From Lachnospiraceae bacterium (GTDB lineage: Bacteria; Bacillota; Clostridia; Lachnospirales; Lachnospiraceae), in the NCBI GenBank assembly GCA_021202335.1, contig JAJQDE010000061.1, forward strand, positions 70,533-134,532: a stretch of 64,000 nt of DNA. The letters run 5' to 3'. The notes below the pieces were generated by a model that searched no databases, was not told where the DNA came from, and was given only the letters and a program-made list of their open reading frames with translations. Shown in pieces: positions 56,127 through 64,000 of the stretch. Position numbers and translations under genes: made by a program. Each line of letters begins with the position of its first letter. Within the stretch, counting starts at the first letter, position 1.

Positions 56127-57839
56127 GTGACTTGCAGGGAGCGTATTTTATCAAACGACTATATGGACATTCTTTTGGATTACGTGCTTTCCCCTGAATA
56201 TGGCTATGAGCCGCAGGCGGATTACGGCTATCATGCGCTCGGAAATGACAGGGGGATTCTGTTTATAGAAAGAAGCGACCGTGTGCAGAGCATGATTGCG
56301 GAGCGGACGTATTCCTTTATGCCCAAATGCTACGGACTGATGGAGTGCAGGGCGGCGCAGGGCGCGGGGCTGAATACCTTAAGCCTTGCGGAAACCGGAA
56401 TATTAAGGGTGCAAAACGCCCCGCTTAATCTCAAGGGCAGTGATGTGACGATTGGGTTTATCGACACAGGCATACGCTACAGCGATGAGGTTTTCAGGGA
56501 CTATGCGGGCAGAAGCCGCATTGACGCCATTTGGGATCAGACCATTCAGACGGGCACGCCGCCCGAGGGCTTTGCGTATGGCTCCGAGTATACTAACGCG
56601 ATGATAAACGAGGCGCTTGCAGACGATAATCCGCTCTCCGTCGTCCCCAGCACGGACGCGAACGGGCACGGGAGCATTATGGCGGCAGCGGCAGCGGGCA
56701 GCTCCATCGAAAACGGAAGCTTTATCGGAGCCGCGCCCGAATGTCGGATTGTGGCGGTAAAGCTAAAGGAGGCAAAGCAGTATCTTAGGGATTACTATAA
56801 AATCCCCCCGGGAGTCCCCTGTTACAGCGAAACGGATATTCTGCAGGCGATACAGTATCTTCAAAAATATGTGAGCATTTTCACGAAGCCGCTTGTTATA
56901 TGCCTCGGCGTCGGCACGAGCTTGGGCGACCACACGGGCGTGGGAACGCTTGGAAACTACATTGATTATTTCAGCCAAAAAAGAAGCCGCGTGTTTGTCA
57001 CGGCGGGAGGAAACGAGGGCAACGCCGCGCACCATTTCCACGGAGAAATAAGCGAAAGGCAGAGCCAAAGGGATGTGGAGGTCCGCGTAGGCGAAAATGA
57101 GCGCGGCTTTATTATGGATCTGTGGGGAGATGCGCCGTATTTTTATAATGCGGCAATCCGTTCGCCCGGCGGTGAGACAATCCGCTGGAATAATCCGCGC
57201 AGCACGGTGCCGCAGGAGTTTAGCTTTATATATGAAAGCACGAGAATCGTGATAGAGTATCAGCTTGTGGAAACGATGTCGGGCGCGGAGGTTATCCGCT
57301 TTCGCTTTATTGAGCCGACGGCGGGCGTGTGGAATATCCGGATAAGCTCGGAGGGCAATACGGTCGGCGGCAGCTTTGACATTTGGCTTCCCATTACCGA
57401 ATTTCTTTCCGCTGACACTTATTTTTTGGAGCCGGACCCGCAGACCACGATTACGGAGCCGGGCTATGTACACAGCGCGGTCACGGCTGCGGCATATCAG
57501 ACTTCAAACAACAGCATTGCCGCCTTTTCGGGGCGCGGCTATGCCAGAGATAACTATGTTGTGCCGGATATCGCCGCGCCGGGCGTGAGCGTTTCGACAC
57601 CCTATGGCGCGGCAAGCGGAAGCAGCGTTGCGGCGGCGCTTACTGCGGGAGGCTGCGCGCTGCGGCTGGAGTGGGCGGTGGTGCGCCAAAACGATATCAT
57701 GGTCAATTCCGTGAACGTTAAAAACTATTTAATCCGCGGGGCGCAGCGGGTTTCGTATCTTGAATATCCCAACAGGGAGTGGGGCTATGGGCGTTTGGAC
57801 ATAGCCGGCGTTTTTGAATTTCTTGCAGGGCTTAGCTGA
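56127..57839 (+). CDS. S8 subtilisin-like peptidase, clostridial Csp (spore germination protease) type
   Basis: IGFIDTGI (Asp), DANGHGS (His), AGGNEG, PDIAAPG, SGSSVAAA (Ser), YPNREWGYGRLD. Confidence 0.85.
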   Translation: MTCRERILSNDYMDILLDYVLSPEYGYEPQADYGYHALGNDRGILFIERSDRVQSMIAERTYSFMPKCYGLMECRAAQGAGLNTLSLAETGILRVQNAPLNLKGSDVTIGFIDTGIRYSDEVFRDYAGRSRIDAIWDQTIQTGTPPEGFAYGSEYTNAMINEALADDNPLSVVPSTDANGHGSIMAAAAAGSSIENGSFIGAAPECRIVAVKLKEAKQYLRDYYKIPPGVPCYSETDILQAIQYLQKYVSIFTKPLVICLGVGTSLGDHTGVGTLGNYIDYFSQKRSRVFVTAGGNEGNAAHHFHGEISERQSQRDVEVRVGENERGFIMDLWGDAPYFYNAAIRSPGGETIRWNNPRSTVPQEFSFIYESTRIVIEYQLVETMSGAEVIRFRFIEPTAGVWNIRISSEGNTVGGSFDIWLPITEFLSADTYFLEPDPQTTITEPGYVHSAVTAAAYQTSNNSIAAFSGRGYARDNYVVPDIAAPGVSVSTPYGAASGSSVAAALTAGGCALRLEWAVVRQNDIMVNSVNVKNYLIRGAQRVSYLEYPNREWGYGRLDIAGVFEFLAGLS

Positions 57840-57867
57840 CAGTAAAAAAATAAAAAAGGAGCGAAAA

Positions 57868-58656
57868 ATGGTACATTTTGTGGGCGCGGGAAGCGGCGCG
57901 CCGGATTTGATAACAGTAAGGGGTATGCGGCTTATCGGGTCTGCGGATGTCATCATCTACACAGGCTCGCTGATAAATCCGGAGCTTTTGGGCTGTGCGG
58001 CCAAGAGCTGCCGGCTGCATAACAGCGCATACCTGAATTTGGACGAAGTGATTGCGCTTATGAAGGATGCGGAGGAACAGGGGCTTACGACAGTGCGTCT
58101 GCATACGGGTGACACCTCGCTTTACAGCGCAGTCAGAGAGCAGATGGACAGGCTGAGCCGGTTAGGAATCGCCTACGATGTGTGCCCGGGGGTAAGCTCC
58201 TTTTGCGGCGCGGCGGCGGCGCTTGGGGCTGAGTACACGCTTCCCGGCGTTTCCCAGTCCGTCATCATCACGCGCATGGCGGGTAGGACGCCCGTGAGGG
58301 AGCAGGAGAGCATGAGAAGCCTTGCGTCGCATCAGGCGACCATGGTTATATTTCTGAGCATGGGGCTTTTAGAGGAGCTGACGCGGGAGCTTATCGCGGG
58401 CGGTTACGGAGAGGACACGCCCGCCGCGATTGTATATAAGGCGACGTGGCCGGAGCAGAAGGTGATTTACTGCACGGTGTCCGGGCTTGCGCAGGCGGCG
58501 GAAAAAAACGGGATTACAAAGACGGCGCTTGTGGCGGTCGGGTATTTTCTCGGCGATTCCTATGAGCTTTCAAAGCTGTACGATGCGGCGTTTGCGACAG
58601 AGTACCGCAGCGCGGACACAAGGGCCTGCGGGACGGACGGGGGTAAGGATAAATAA
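57868..58656 (+). CDS. cbiF: Cobalt-precorrin-4 C11-methyltransferase
   Basis: VHFVGAG.GAPDLITVRG, VRLHTGD..LYSA..EQM, PGVSSF..AAA.L..EYT.P.VSQSVIITR. Confidence 0.95.
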   Translation: MVHFVGAGSGAPDLITVRGMRLIGSADVIIYTGSLINPELLGCAAKSCRLHNSAYLNLDEVIALMKDAEEQGLTTVRLHTGDTSLYSAVREQMDRLSRLGIAYDVCPGVSSFCGAAAALGAEYTLPGVSQSVIITRMAGRTPVREQESMRSLASHQATMVIFLSMGLLEELTRELIAGGYGEDTPAAIVYKATWPEQKVIYCTVSGLAQAAEKNGITKTALVAVGYFLGDSYELSKLYDAAFATEYRSADTRACGTDGGKDK

Positions 58657-59700
58657 ATGGAAATCATTGCGGCGGCATACACAAGGCAGGGCGGAGAGCT
58701 TTGCGCGCATCTGATTGAGGAGCTTTCCGAAAGGGGGCATGCGTGTAAGGGATATATTTTTGCAAGGTATGAAAACAGCCGCCTTCTTCCCTTTGACGAC
58801 CTTGAGCCGATTATCGGCGGTGCGTTTGAGAAGAGGCAGGCATTGATACTGATTTGCGCGATGGGGATTGCGGTCAGGAAAATCAGCGGATTTATTAAAT
58901 CAAAGACGACCGATTCCCCGGTCGTGGTGGTTGATGAAACGGGACATTTTTGCATACCTGTGCTTTCGGGGCATTTGGGCGGAGCAAATGCGCTCGGCAG
59001 GCTGTGCGCGGAAATTACGGGGGGCGTTCCCGTGATTACGACGGCGACGGACCTTCACGGCAGGTTTGCGCCGGATATGTTTGCAAAAAGCAACGGGCTT
59101 GTTATCGCGGACATGGCGGCGGCAAAGCGCATAGCGGCGGATTTGCCGGAACAAAAGAGGATTTATATGTACGCGGAGGGAGTAAGCTTTGCAAACAGGC
59201 CCTCCGACGAGTCGGTAATCATCACGGACGACATTGAGCGTGCAAGGGCGGGCGGCATCATCATATCCGCAAGGACAGTGGAGTCTTGCGGCGCGCTGTG
59301 GCTTATTCCGCGTCAGGTGACGCTTGGAATAGGGTGCAGGCGCGGCACGCCAAAGGAGCAGATAGCCTCGGCGGCGGCTTACGTGCTTACGGAAAACGGG
59401 CTTTCTTTTGCGGCAGTGAAGCAAATCTGTTCCATTGATTTAAAAAAGGATGAGAAGGGGCTTGTGGAATTTGCCGCTGAAAACGGGCTTATATTCCGCA
59501 CCTTTGACAGCGCCGCGCTTGCGGCAGTGGAGGGGGATTTTTGCGGCTCGGAATTTGTCCGCGGCGCAACGGGAGTCGACAACGTGTGCGAGAGGAGCGC
59601 AGTGGCAGGAAGCGGCGGCGCGCTTATCGTGAGGAAAACCGTGCGGGAGCATGTGACGGTGGCGGCGGCGCTCTCTGAAGCGGAGCTGTATTTTGACTAG
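58657..59700 (+). CDS. cbiG: Cobalt-precorrin-5A hydrolase
   Basis: AMGIAVR, DSPVVVVDE.G.F.IPVLSGHLGGAN, VITTATD, LGIGCRRG, GVDNVCERSA. Confidence 0.93.
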   Translation: MEIIAAAYTRQGGELCAHLIEELSERGHACKGYIFARYENSRLLPFDDLEPIIGGAFEKRQALILICAMGIAVRKISGFIKSKTTDSPVVVVDETGHFCIPVLSGHLGGANALGRLCAEITGGVPVITTATDLHGRFAPDMFAKSNGLVIADMAAAKRIAADLPEQKRIYMYAEGVSFANRPSDESVIITDDIERARAGGIIISARTVESCGALWLIPRQVTLGIGCRRGTPKEQIASAAAYVLTENGLSFAAVKQICSIDLKKDEKGLVEFAAENGLIFRTFDSAALAAVEGDFCGSEFVRGATGVDNVCERSAVAGSGGALIVRKTVREHVTVAAALSEAELYFD

Positions 59701-59718
59701 GAAAAGGGTGAGCGGATT

Positions 59719-60501
59719 TTGAAGAGGGTATTGGTTTTTGGCGGCACCACTGAGGGGAAGAAAACGCTCGAGCTGTTAGAGCGGCTTGGCATTGAGGCAT
59801 ATGTGAGCGTGGCGACGCAGTACGGCGCGCAGACGCTTGATCAAAAGCCGCGCTGCTGCGAGATTATCACAGGGCGGCTGGACGCTTCGCAGATGGCGGA
59901 TTTTTTAAGCAGGAACCGGATTTTGCTCGTGATTGACGCGACGCACCCGTATGCCGTTGAGGTGACTGCAAACATTAAGACCGCCTGTGCCGCGGCGGGA
60001 AACGATGCCGCGTATTTAAGGCTTGCGCGCGGGCAGGGCGAAAGGCTTTCGGACGCTCTTTATTTCCCCGGAATGGAGGAGGCGGCGCAGTACCTTTGCG
60101 GGAAAGAGGGCAATGTGCTTCTGACCACCGGAAGCAAGGATTTAGCCTGTTTTACAGTCATCGATGATTTTAAAAGCCGGGTGTATGCGCGAATCCTTCC
60201 GGCGGCGCAGTCGGCGGATATTGCGCTTGCGGCGGGCTATCTGGGAGAGCATCTGATTTTCGGACAGGGCCCCTTTTCAGAGCGGCAGAATGTTGATATC
60301 CTTAAGCAATGCGGGGCGCGGTATCTTGTGACAAAGGACACGGGAGCGGAGGGCGGCTTGCCCCCAAAAGCGAGTGCGGCGCGCAGGCTGGGAGTCCGCC
60401 TTTTGATTGTGGAACGCCCAAAGGAAACGGGAGGCGTTACGCTTGAGGAGCTTGCCGTATATTTGCAGAAGGAGAGGGGACGCTTATGCGGAGATTTATG
60501 A
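59719..60501 (+). CDS. cbiJ: Cobalt-precorrin-6A reductase
   Basis: VFGGTTEG, IDATHPYA, LTTGSK, GPFS...N, VTKDTG..GG. Confidence 0.92.
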   Translation: MKRVLVFGGTTEGKKTLELLERLGIEAYVSVATQYGAQTLDQKPRCCEIITGRLDASQMADFLSRNRILLVIDATHPYAVEVTANIKTACAAAGNDAAYLRLARGQGERLSDALYFPGMEEAAQYLCGKEGNVLLTTGSKDLACFTVIDDFKSRVYARILPAAQSADIALAAGYLGEHLIFGQGPFSERQNVDILKQCGARYLVTKDTGAEGGLPPKASAARRLGVRLLIVERPKETGGVTLEELAVYLQKERGRLCGDL

Positions 60502-61859
60502 TAGCGGGAACTTCCGGCGGAAGCGGGAAAACGACCATAACCTGTGCCATATTACAGGCGCTTGTAAACAGGGGAATGAAGGCCGCAAGCTTTAAGTGCG
60601 GGCCCGATTACATAGACCCAATGTTCCACAGCCGCATCATAGGGGCAAGGTCGCGCAATCTGGACGGTTATTTCATGGATAGAGACACGCTTTGCCGGCT
60701 GCTTGACAAAAATTCGCGCGAGGCGGATGTGGCGGTCATAGAGGGCGTGATGGGATATTACGACGGGCTTGGCATGGAGAATACGGCAAGCTCATATGCG
60801 CTGGCAAGGGACACGGGTACGCCCGTTATCCTCGTCGTGCCATGCAGGGGAATGAGCAGGTCTGTTCAGGCGCTAATCGACGGATTTTGCCTTTTTGAGA
60901 AGGACTCAAATATTCGGGGAGTGATATTCAATCAGCTTGCGCCGGCGCTTTACCCCGCCATGCAGGAGTATTGCCGCAGCAGAAATATCCGTGCGCTCGG
61001 TTATTTCCCGAGGGTGGAAGAGGCGGGGCTTGAGAGCAGGCATTTGGGACTTGTCACGGCGGACGAGATAGCGGATATCAAAGAAAGGCTGCAGCTTTTG
61101 GCGCGGACAGCCGAGAAGTATCTTGATATTGACGCAGTTTTGGAGCTTGCGGAAGCCTCGTTGGATTTATCCGCACGGGAATATCAGGCGATATATAATA
61201 AGGAAGAAAAGGTTCCCGGCGCCGGAGTACGCATCGCGGTTGCAAGGGATAGGGCTTTTTGCTTTTACTATGAGGATAATCTGGAGCTTTTAAGGGAGCT
61301 TGGCTGCGAGCTTGCGGAGTTTTCCCCATTGGAGGACAGGGCGCTTCCTCCGGACATCGACGGGCTGATTTTGGGCGGCGGCTATCCTGAGCTTTACGGC
61401 AGTACGCTTGAGAAGAACGAGGCAATGCGCCGCTGCGTAAAGGAGCGGATTCTCGGTGGGCTTCCCACACACGCGGAGTGCGGCGGTTTCATGTATCTGC
61501 ACAGGGAGATAACGGCGCCGGACGGCACAAGGAGCAGGATGGCGGGCGTTTTGGACGCAAGCTGTGCCTTTACGCAAAGGCTGCAGCACTTCGGCTATGT
61601 GGAGCTTGAGGCGTTAAAGGATAATCTTCTGTGCAAAAAGGGCATGCGCATACGTGCGCACGAATTTCACAGGTGCGTTTCCGATATTGCCGCAGACACC
61701 TTTTTGACACGGAAAAACGGGAAAGAGTGGACGAGCTTTGTTTCCACGGACACTTTGCTTGCGGGCTTTCCGCATATCCACTATTATACCTCCCTGCAGC
61801 TTGCCCTAAGCTTCGTGCAAAAATGCGCCGCATACAGAAAAGCTAAAGAAAAAGCATAG
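60486..61859 (+). CDS. cbiA: Cobyrinate a,c-diamide synthase
   Basis: SGGSGKTT, FKCGPDYIDP, EGVMGYYDG, ESRHLGLV, GGGYPE, AECGGFMYL, AHEFH. Confidence 0.95.
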   Translation: MRRFMIAGTSGGSGKTTITCAILQALVNRGMKAASFKCGPDYIDPMFHSRIIGARSRNLDGYFMDRDTLCRLLDKNSREADVAVIEGVMGYYDGLGMENTASSYALARDTGTPVILVVPCRGMSRSVQALIDGFCLFEKDSNIRGVIFNQLAPALYPAMQEYCRSRNIRALGYFPRVEEAGLESRHLGLVTADEIADIKERLQLLARTAEKYLDIDAVLELAEASLDLSAREYQAIYNKEEKVPGAGVRIAVARDRAFCFYYEDNLELLRELGCELAEFSPLEDRALPPDIDGLILGGGYPELYGSTLEKNEAMRRCVKERILGGLPTHAECGGFMYLHREITAPDGTRSRMAGVLDASCAFTQRLQHFGYVELEALKDNLLCKKGMRIRAHEFHRCVSDIAADTFLTRKNGKEWTSFVSTDTLLAGFPHIHYYTSLQLALSFVQKCAAYRKAKEKA

Positions 61860-61871
61860 GGGGATAAAGTC

Positions 61872-62837
61872 ATGTACCGGTATACTACAATCTCCATATT
61901 TGCGGGGGTTTTGCTGGATTTTATCGTAGGCGACCCGCACGGGATTATGCATCCCGTCGTTATTATCGGAAAAATGATTAACTGTTTGGAAGCCGTGTTA
62001 AGGCGGATTTTTCCCGACACGGCAGGAGGAAAGCGTGCGGCGGGGACGCTGCTTTGGGTGATGGTTGTCCTGATCTCCTGCGCGGCTCCCGCAGCGGTTT
62101 TATACGCGGCGTGGCGGCTTCACCCGGCGGCGTACTGCGTTATTGCGTCGGTCATGTGCTGTCAGATTATGGCGACAAAGGCGCTTAAGGACGAGAGCGG
62201 CAAGGTTTACCAGGCGCTTATGGAGCGGGATATCGTAAAGGCGCGCCGGTGCGTGTCGATGATTGTGGGCAGAGATACGGACTCGCTCGACGAGGCGGGG
62301 GTGACAAGGGCGGCGGTAGAAACTGTCGCGGAAAACACCTCCGACGGAAGCATCGCGCCGCTGTTTTATCTTATGCTGGGCGGTCCCGTCCTCGGCTTTG
62401 CCTATAAGGCAGTGAACACAATGGATTCAATGCTTGGCTATAAGAACGGGAAATATCTGGATTTTGGCAGAACCGCCGCGAGGATGGATGATGTATGGAA
62501 CTTCATACCGTCAAGGCTTGCTGCCGTGTTTATGACACTTGCGTCATTTTTTGCCGGCTTTGACGGCAAAAACGCGTGGAGAATTTTTCTGCGTGACAGG
62601 CAAAAATCGTCAAGCCCCAATGCGGGACAGACGGAGGCTGTCTGCGCGGGAGCCTTGGGCGTGCGGCTTTTGGGCGACTGCCGGTATTTCGGCGAGCTTC
62701 ATCACAAGGAAACTGTCGGGGACGCGGACAGGGAGCCGGAGCCGGAGGATATCATGCGCGCGAACAGGCTGCTTTATGTAACGGTAATTCTCGCGGCGTT
62801 TGCTTTCGGCGCGCTGCGGCTTTTGTGGAAATGGTAA
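61872..62837 (+). CDS. cbiB: Adenosylcobinamide-phosphate synthase
   Basis: [44 protein letters not shown]. Confidence 0.95.
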   Translation: MYRYTTISIFAGVLLDFIVGDPHGIMHPVVIIGKMINCLEAVLRRIFPDTAGGKRAAGTLLWVMVVLISCAAPAAVLYAAWRLHPAAYCVIASVMCCQIMATKALKDESGKVYQALMERDIVKARRCVSMIVGRDTDSLDEAGVTRAAVETVAENTSDGSIAPLFYLMLGGPVLGFAYKAVNTMDSMLGYKNGKYLDFGRTAARMDDVWNFIPSRLAAVFMTLASFFAGFDGKNAWRIFLRDRQKSSSPNAGQTEAVCAGALGVRLLGDCRYFGELHHKETVGDADREPEPEDIMRANRLLYVTVILAAFAFGALRLLWKW

Positions 62838-62848
62838 GGAGGATTGGA

Positions 62849-64000
62849 ATGGCGCGTGCAATTATGGTGCAGGGGACAATGTCCAACGCGGGAAAAAGCC
62901 TTGTGGTGGCAGGGCTTTGCAGAATATTCAGACAGGACGGGCTGCGCGCGTGCCCGTTTAAATCGCAGAACATGGCGTTAAACTCATTTATCACGGAAGA
63001 GGGGCTTGAGATGGGGAGGGCGCAGGTCATGCAGGCGCAGGCGGCGGGCATTGCGCCCTCCGTCAGAATGAATCCGATTTTGATCAAGCCCAACAGCGAC
63101 ACGGGCTCGCAGGTTATTGTAAACGGTGAAGTGCGCGGAAATATGACGGCAGCGGAGTATTACAAAAGAAAGCGTGAGCTTGTGCCGGAAATACTGAAGG
63201 CATACCGCGGGCTGGAAAGCGAATATGACGTCATGGTAATCGAGGGGGCGGGAAGCCCGGCGGAGATTAATCTGAAGGAAAACGATATCGTCAACATGGG
63301 AATGGCAAAAATGGCGGACGCGCCCGTGCTTCTTGTGGGAGATATCGACAGAGGTGGCGTGTTTGCCCAGCTGTACGGCACCGTAAAGCTTTTGGAGATA
63401 GAGGAGCAGCAAAGAATAAAGGGGCTTGTCATAAACAAATTCCGAGGCGACGCCGGCATTTTAAGACCGGGGCTTGAGCAGCTTGAGAAGCTGACGGGAA
63501 TCCCCGTGATAGGCACGCTTCCGTATATGCGGCTGGATATCGATGATGAGGACAGCCTTTCGCAGCGTCTGTGTGGCGGATGCGGGGCTGCAGGGGAACG
63601 CCCCGTAAAAATCGCCGTCGTAAGGCTGCCGAGGCTTTCCAATTTTACGGACTTTTCCGTGTTTGACCGCTTTGCGCAGGCTTCGCTTTTTTATACCGCC
63701 TCGCCGGAGGCTTTGGAGAGCGCGGATTTGATTATCCTTCCGGGGAGCAAGAGCACAATGGCGGATTTGCTGTGGCTCAGGCAGAACGGGATTGAGCCGG
63801 CAATCCAAAAGGCGGCGCGGCGCGGCGTGCCTGTCTTTGGCATATGCGGCGGCTATCAGATGCTCGGGCAGGAGCTGCGCGACCCCAAAGGAGTGGAAGG
63901 CGGCGGAGTGATGCGGGGTATGGGGCTTTTGCCCGTTATCACCGTGTTTGATGAAAAAAAGCACAGGTCGCAGGTCAGGGGCGCTTTTTTGGAAATAAAG
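62849..64000 (+). CDS. cbiP: Cobyric acid synthase (partial, runs off the window)
   Basis: Manual translation [72 protein letters not shown]. Absent from the ORF track because it is unterminated. Confidence 0.95.
   Translation, partial: MARAIMVQGTMSNAGKSLVVAGLCRIFRQDGLRACPFKSQNMALNSFITEEGLEMGRAQVMQAQAAGIAPSVRMNPILIKPNSDTGSQVIVNGEVRGNMTAAEYYKRKRELVPEILKAYRGLESEYDVMVIEGAGSPAEINLKENDIVNMGMAKMADAPVLLVGDIDRGGVFAQLYGTVKLLEIEEQQRIKGLVINKFRGDAGILRPGLEQLEKLTGIPVIGTLPYMRLDIDDEDSLSQRLCGGCGAAGERPVKIAVVRLPRLSNFTDFSVFDRFAQASLFYTASPEALESADLIILPGSKSTMADLLWLRQNGIEPAIQKAARRGVPVFGICGGYQMLGQELRDPKGVEGGGVMRGMGLLPVITVFDEKKHRSQVRGAFLEIK

Noticed and set aside
56763-57473. 236-aa minus-strand ORF
   Set aside because: Antisense shadow of the S8 protease.
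57840-57867. Cobalamin riboswitch before cbiF
   Set aside because: Only 28 nt are available and no B12-box sequence is visible.
1-64000. tRNA, rRNA, tmRNA genes
   Set aside because: No cloverleaf (TTCGA-type T-loop with matching arms) or rRNA signature was seen by eye. tRNAscan-SE/barrnap would confirm.

Overview
Firmicute (Clostridia, most likely Lachnospiraceae-like) chromosomal window. The lineage is inferred from the S12/EF-G/EF-Tu sequences, T-box, ptb-buk, Csp protease and MCP. (1) 1-32.1 kb is the distal part of a large, co-oriented cell-surface glycan locus. It holds GT-A/GT-B/GT-D glycosyltransferases, dTDP-3-amino-3,6-dideoxyhexose genes, a PglK/Wzk-like ABC flippase, two CotH kinases, a VTC-DUF4956-CotH triad, a repeat-flanked HEPN/AAA-PD-(D/E)XK cassette, and an AT-rich, internally duplicated block of phosphoglycerol-transferase-like, GDPD-like, GT-C and small membrane protein genes with two G9 tracts, one of which frameshifts its gene. 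(2) 32.2-42.4 kb is core translation: Asn T-box, aspS(ND)-gatCAB, rpsL-rpsG-fusA-tuf. (3) 42.6-52.7 kb is accessory: MATE pump with a structured leader/uORF, GyrI-like, nitroreductase, SnoaL-like, alkaline phosphatase, YibE/F (amber-interrupted), DUF3737-patB, MCP. (4) 52.8-64 kb holds ptb-buk, a GT2, a Csp-type S8 protease with a sigma-K-like promoter, and cbiF-cbiG-cbiJ-cbiA-cbiB-cbiP running off the end. I saw no rRNA, tRNA, CRISPR array or transposase/integrase. The best candidate for an undescribed system is a polyphosphate-synthesising/exporting VTC-DUF4956 pair feeding extracellular CotH kinases inside a phosphate-decorated glycan pathway (inference).
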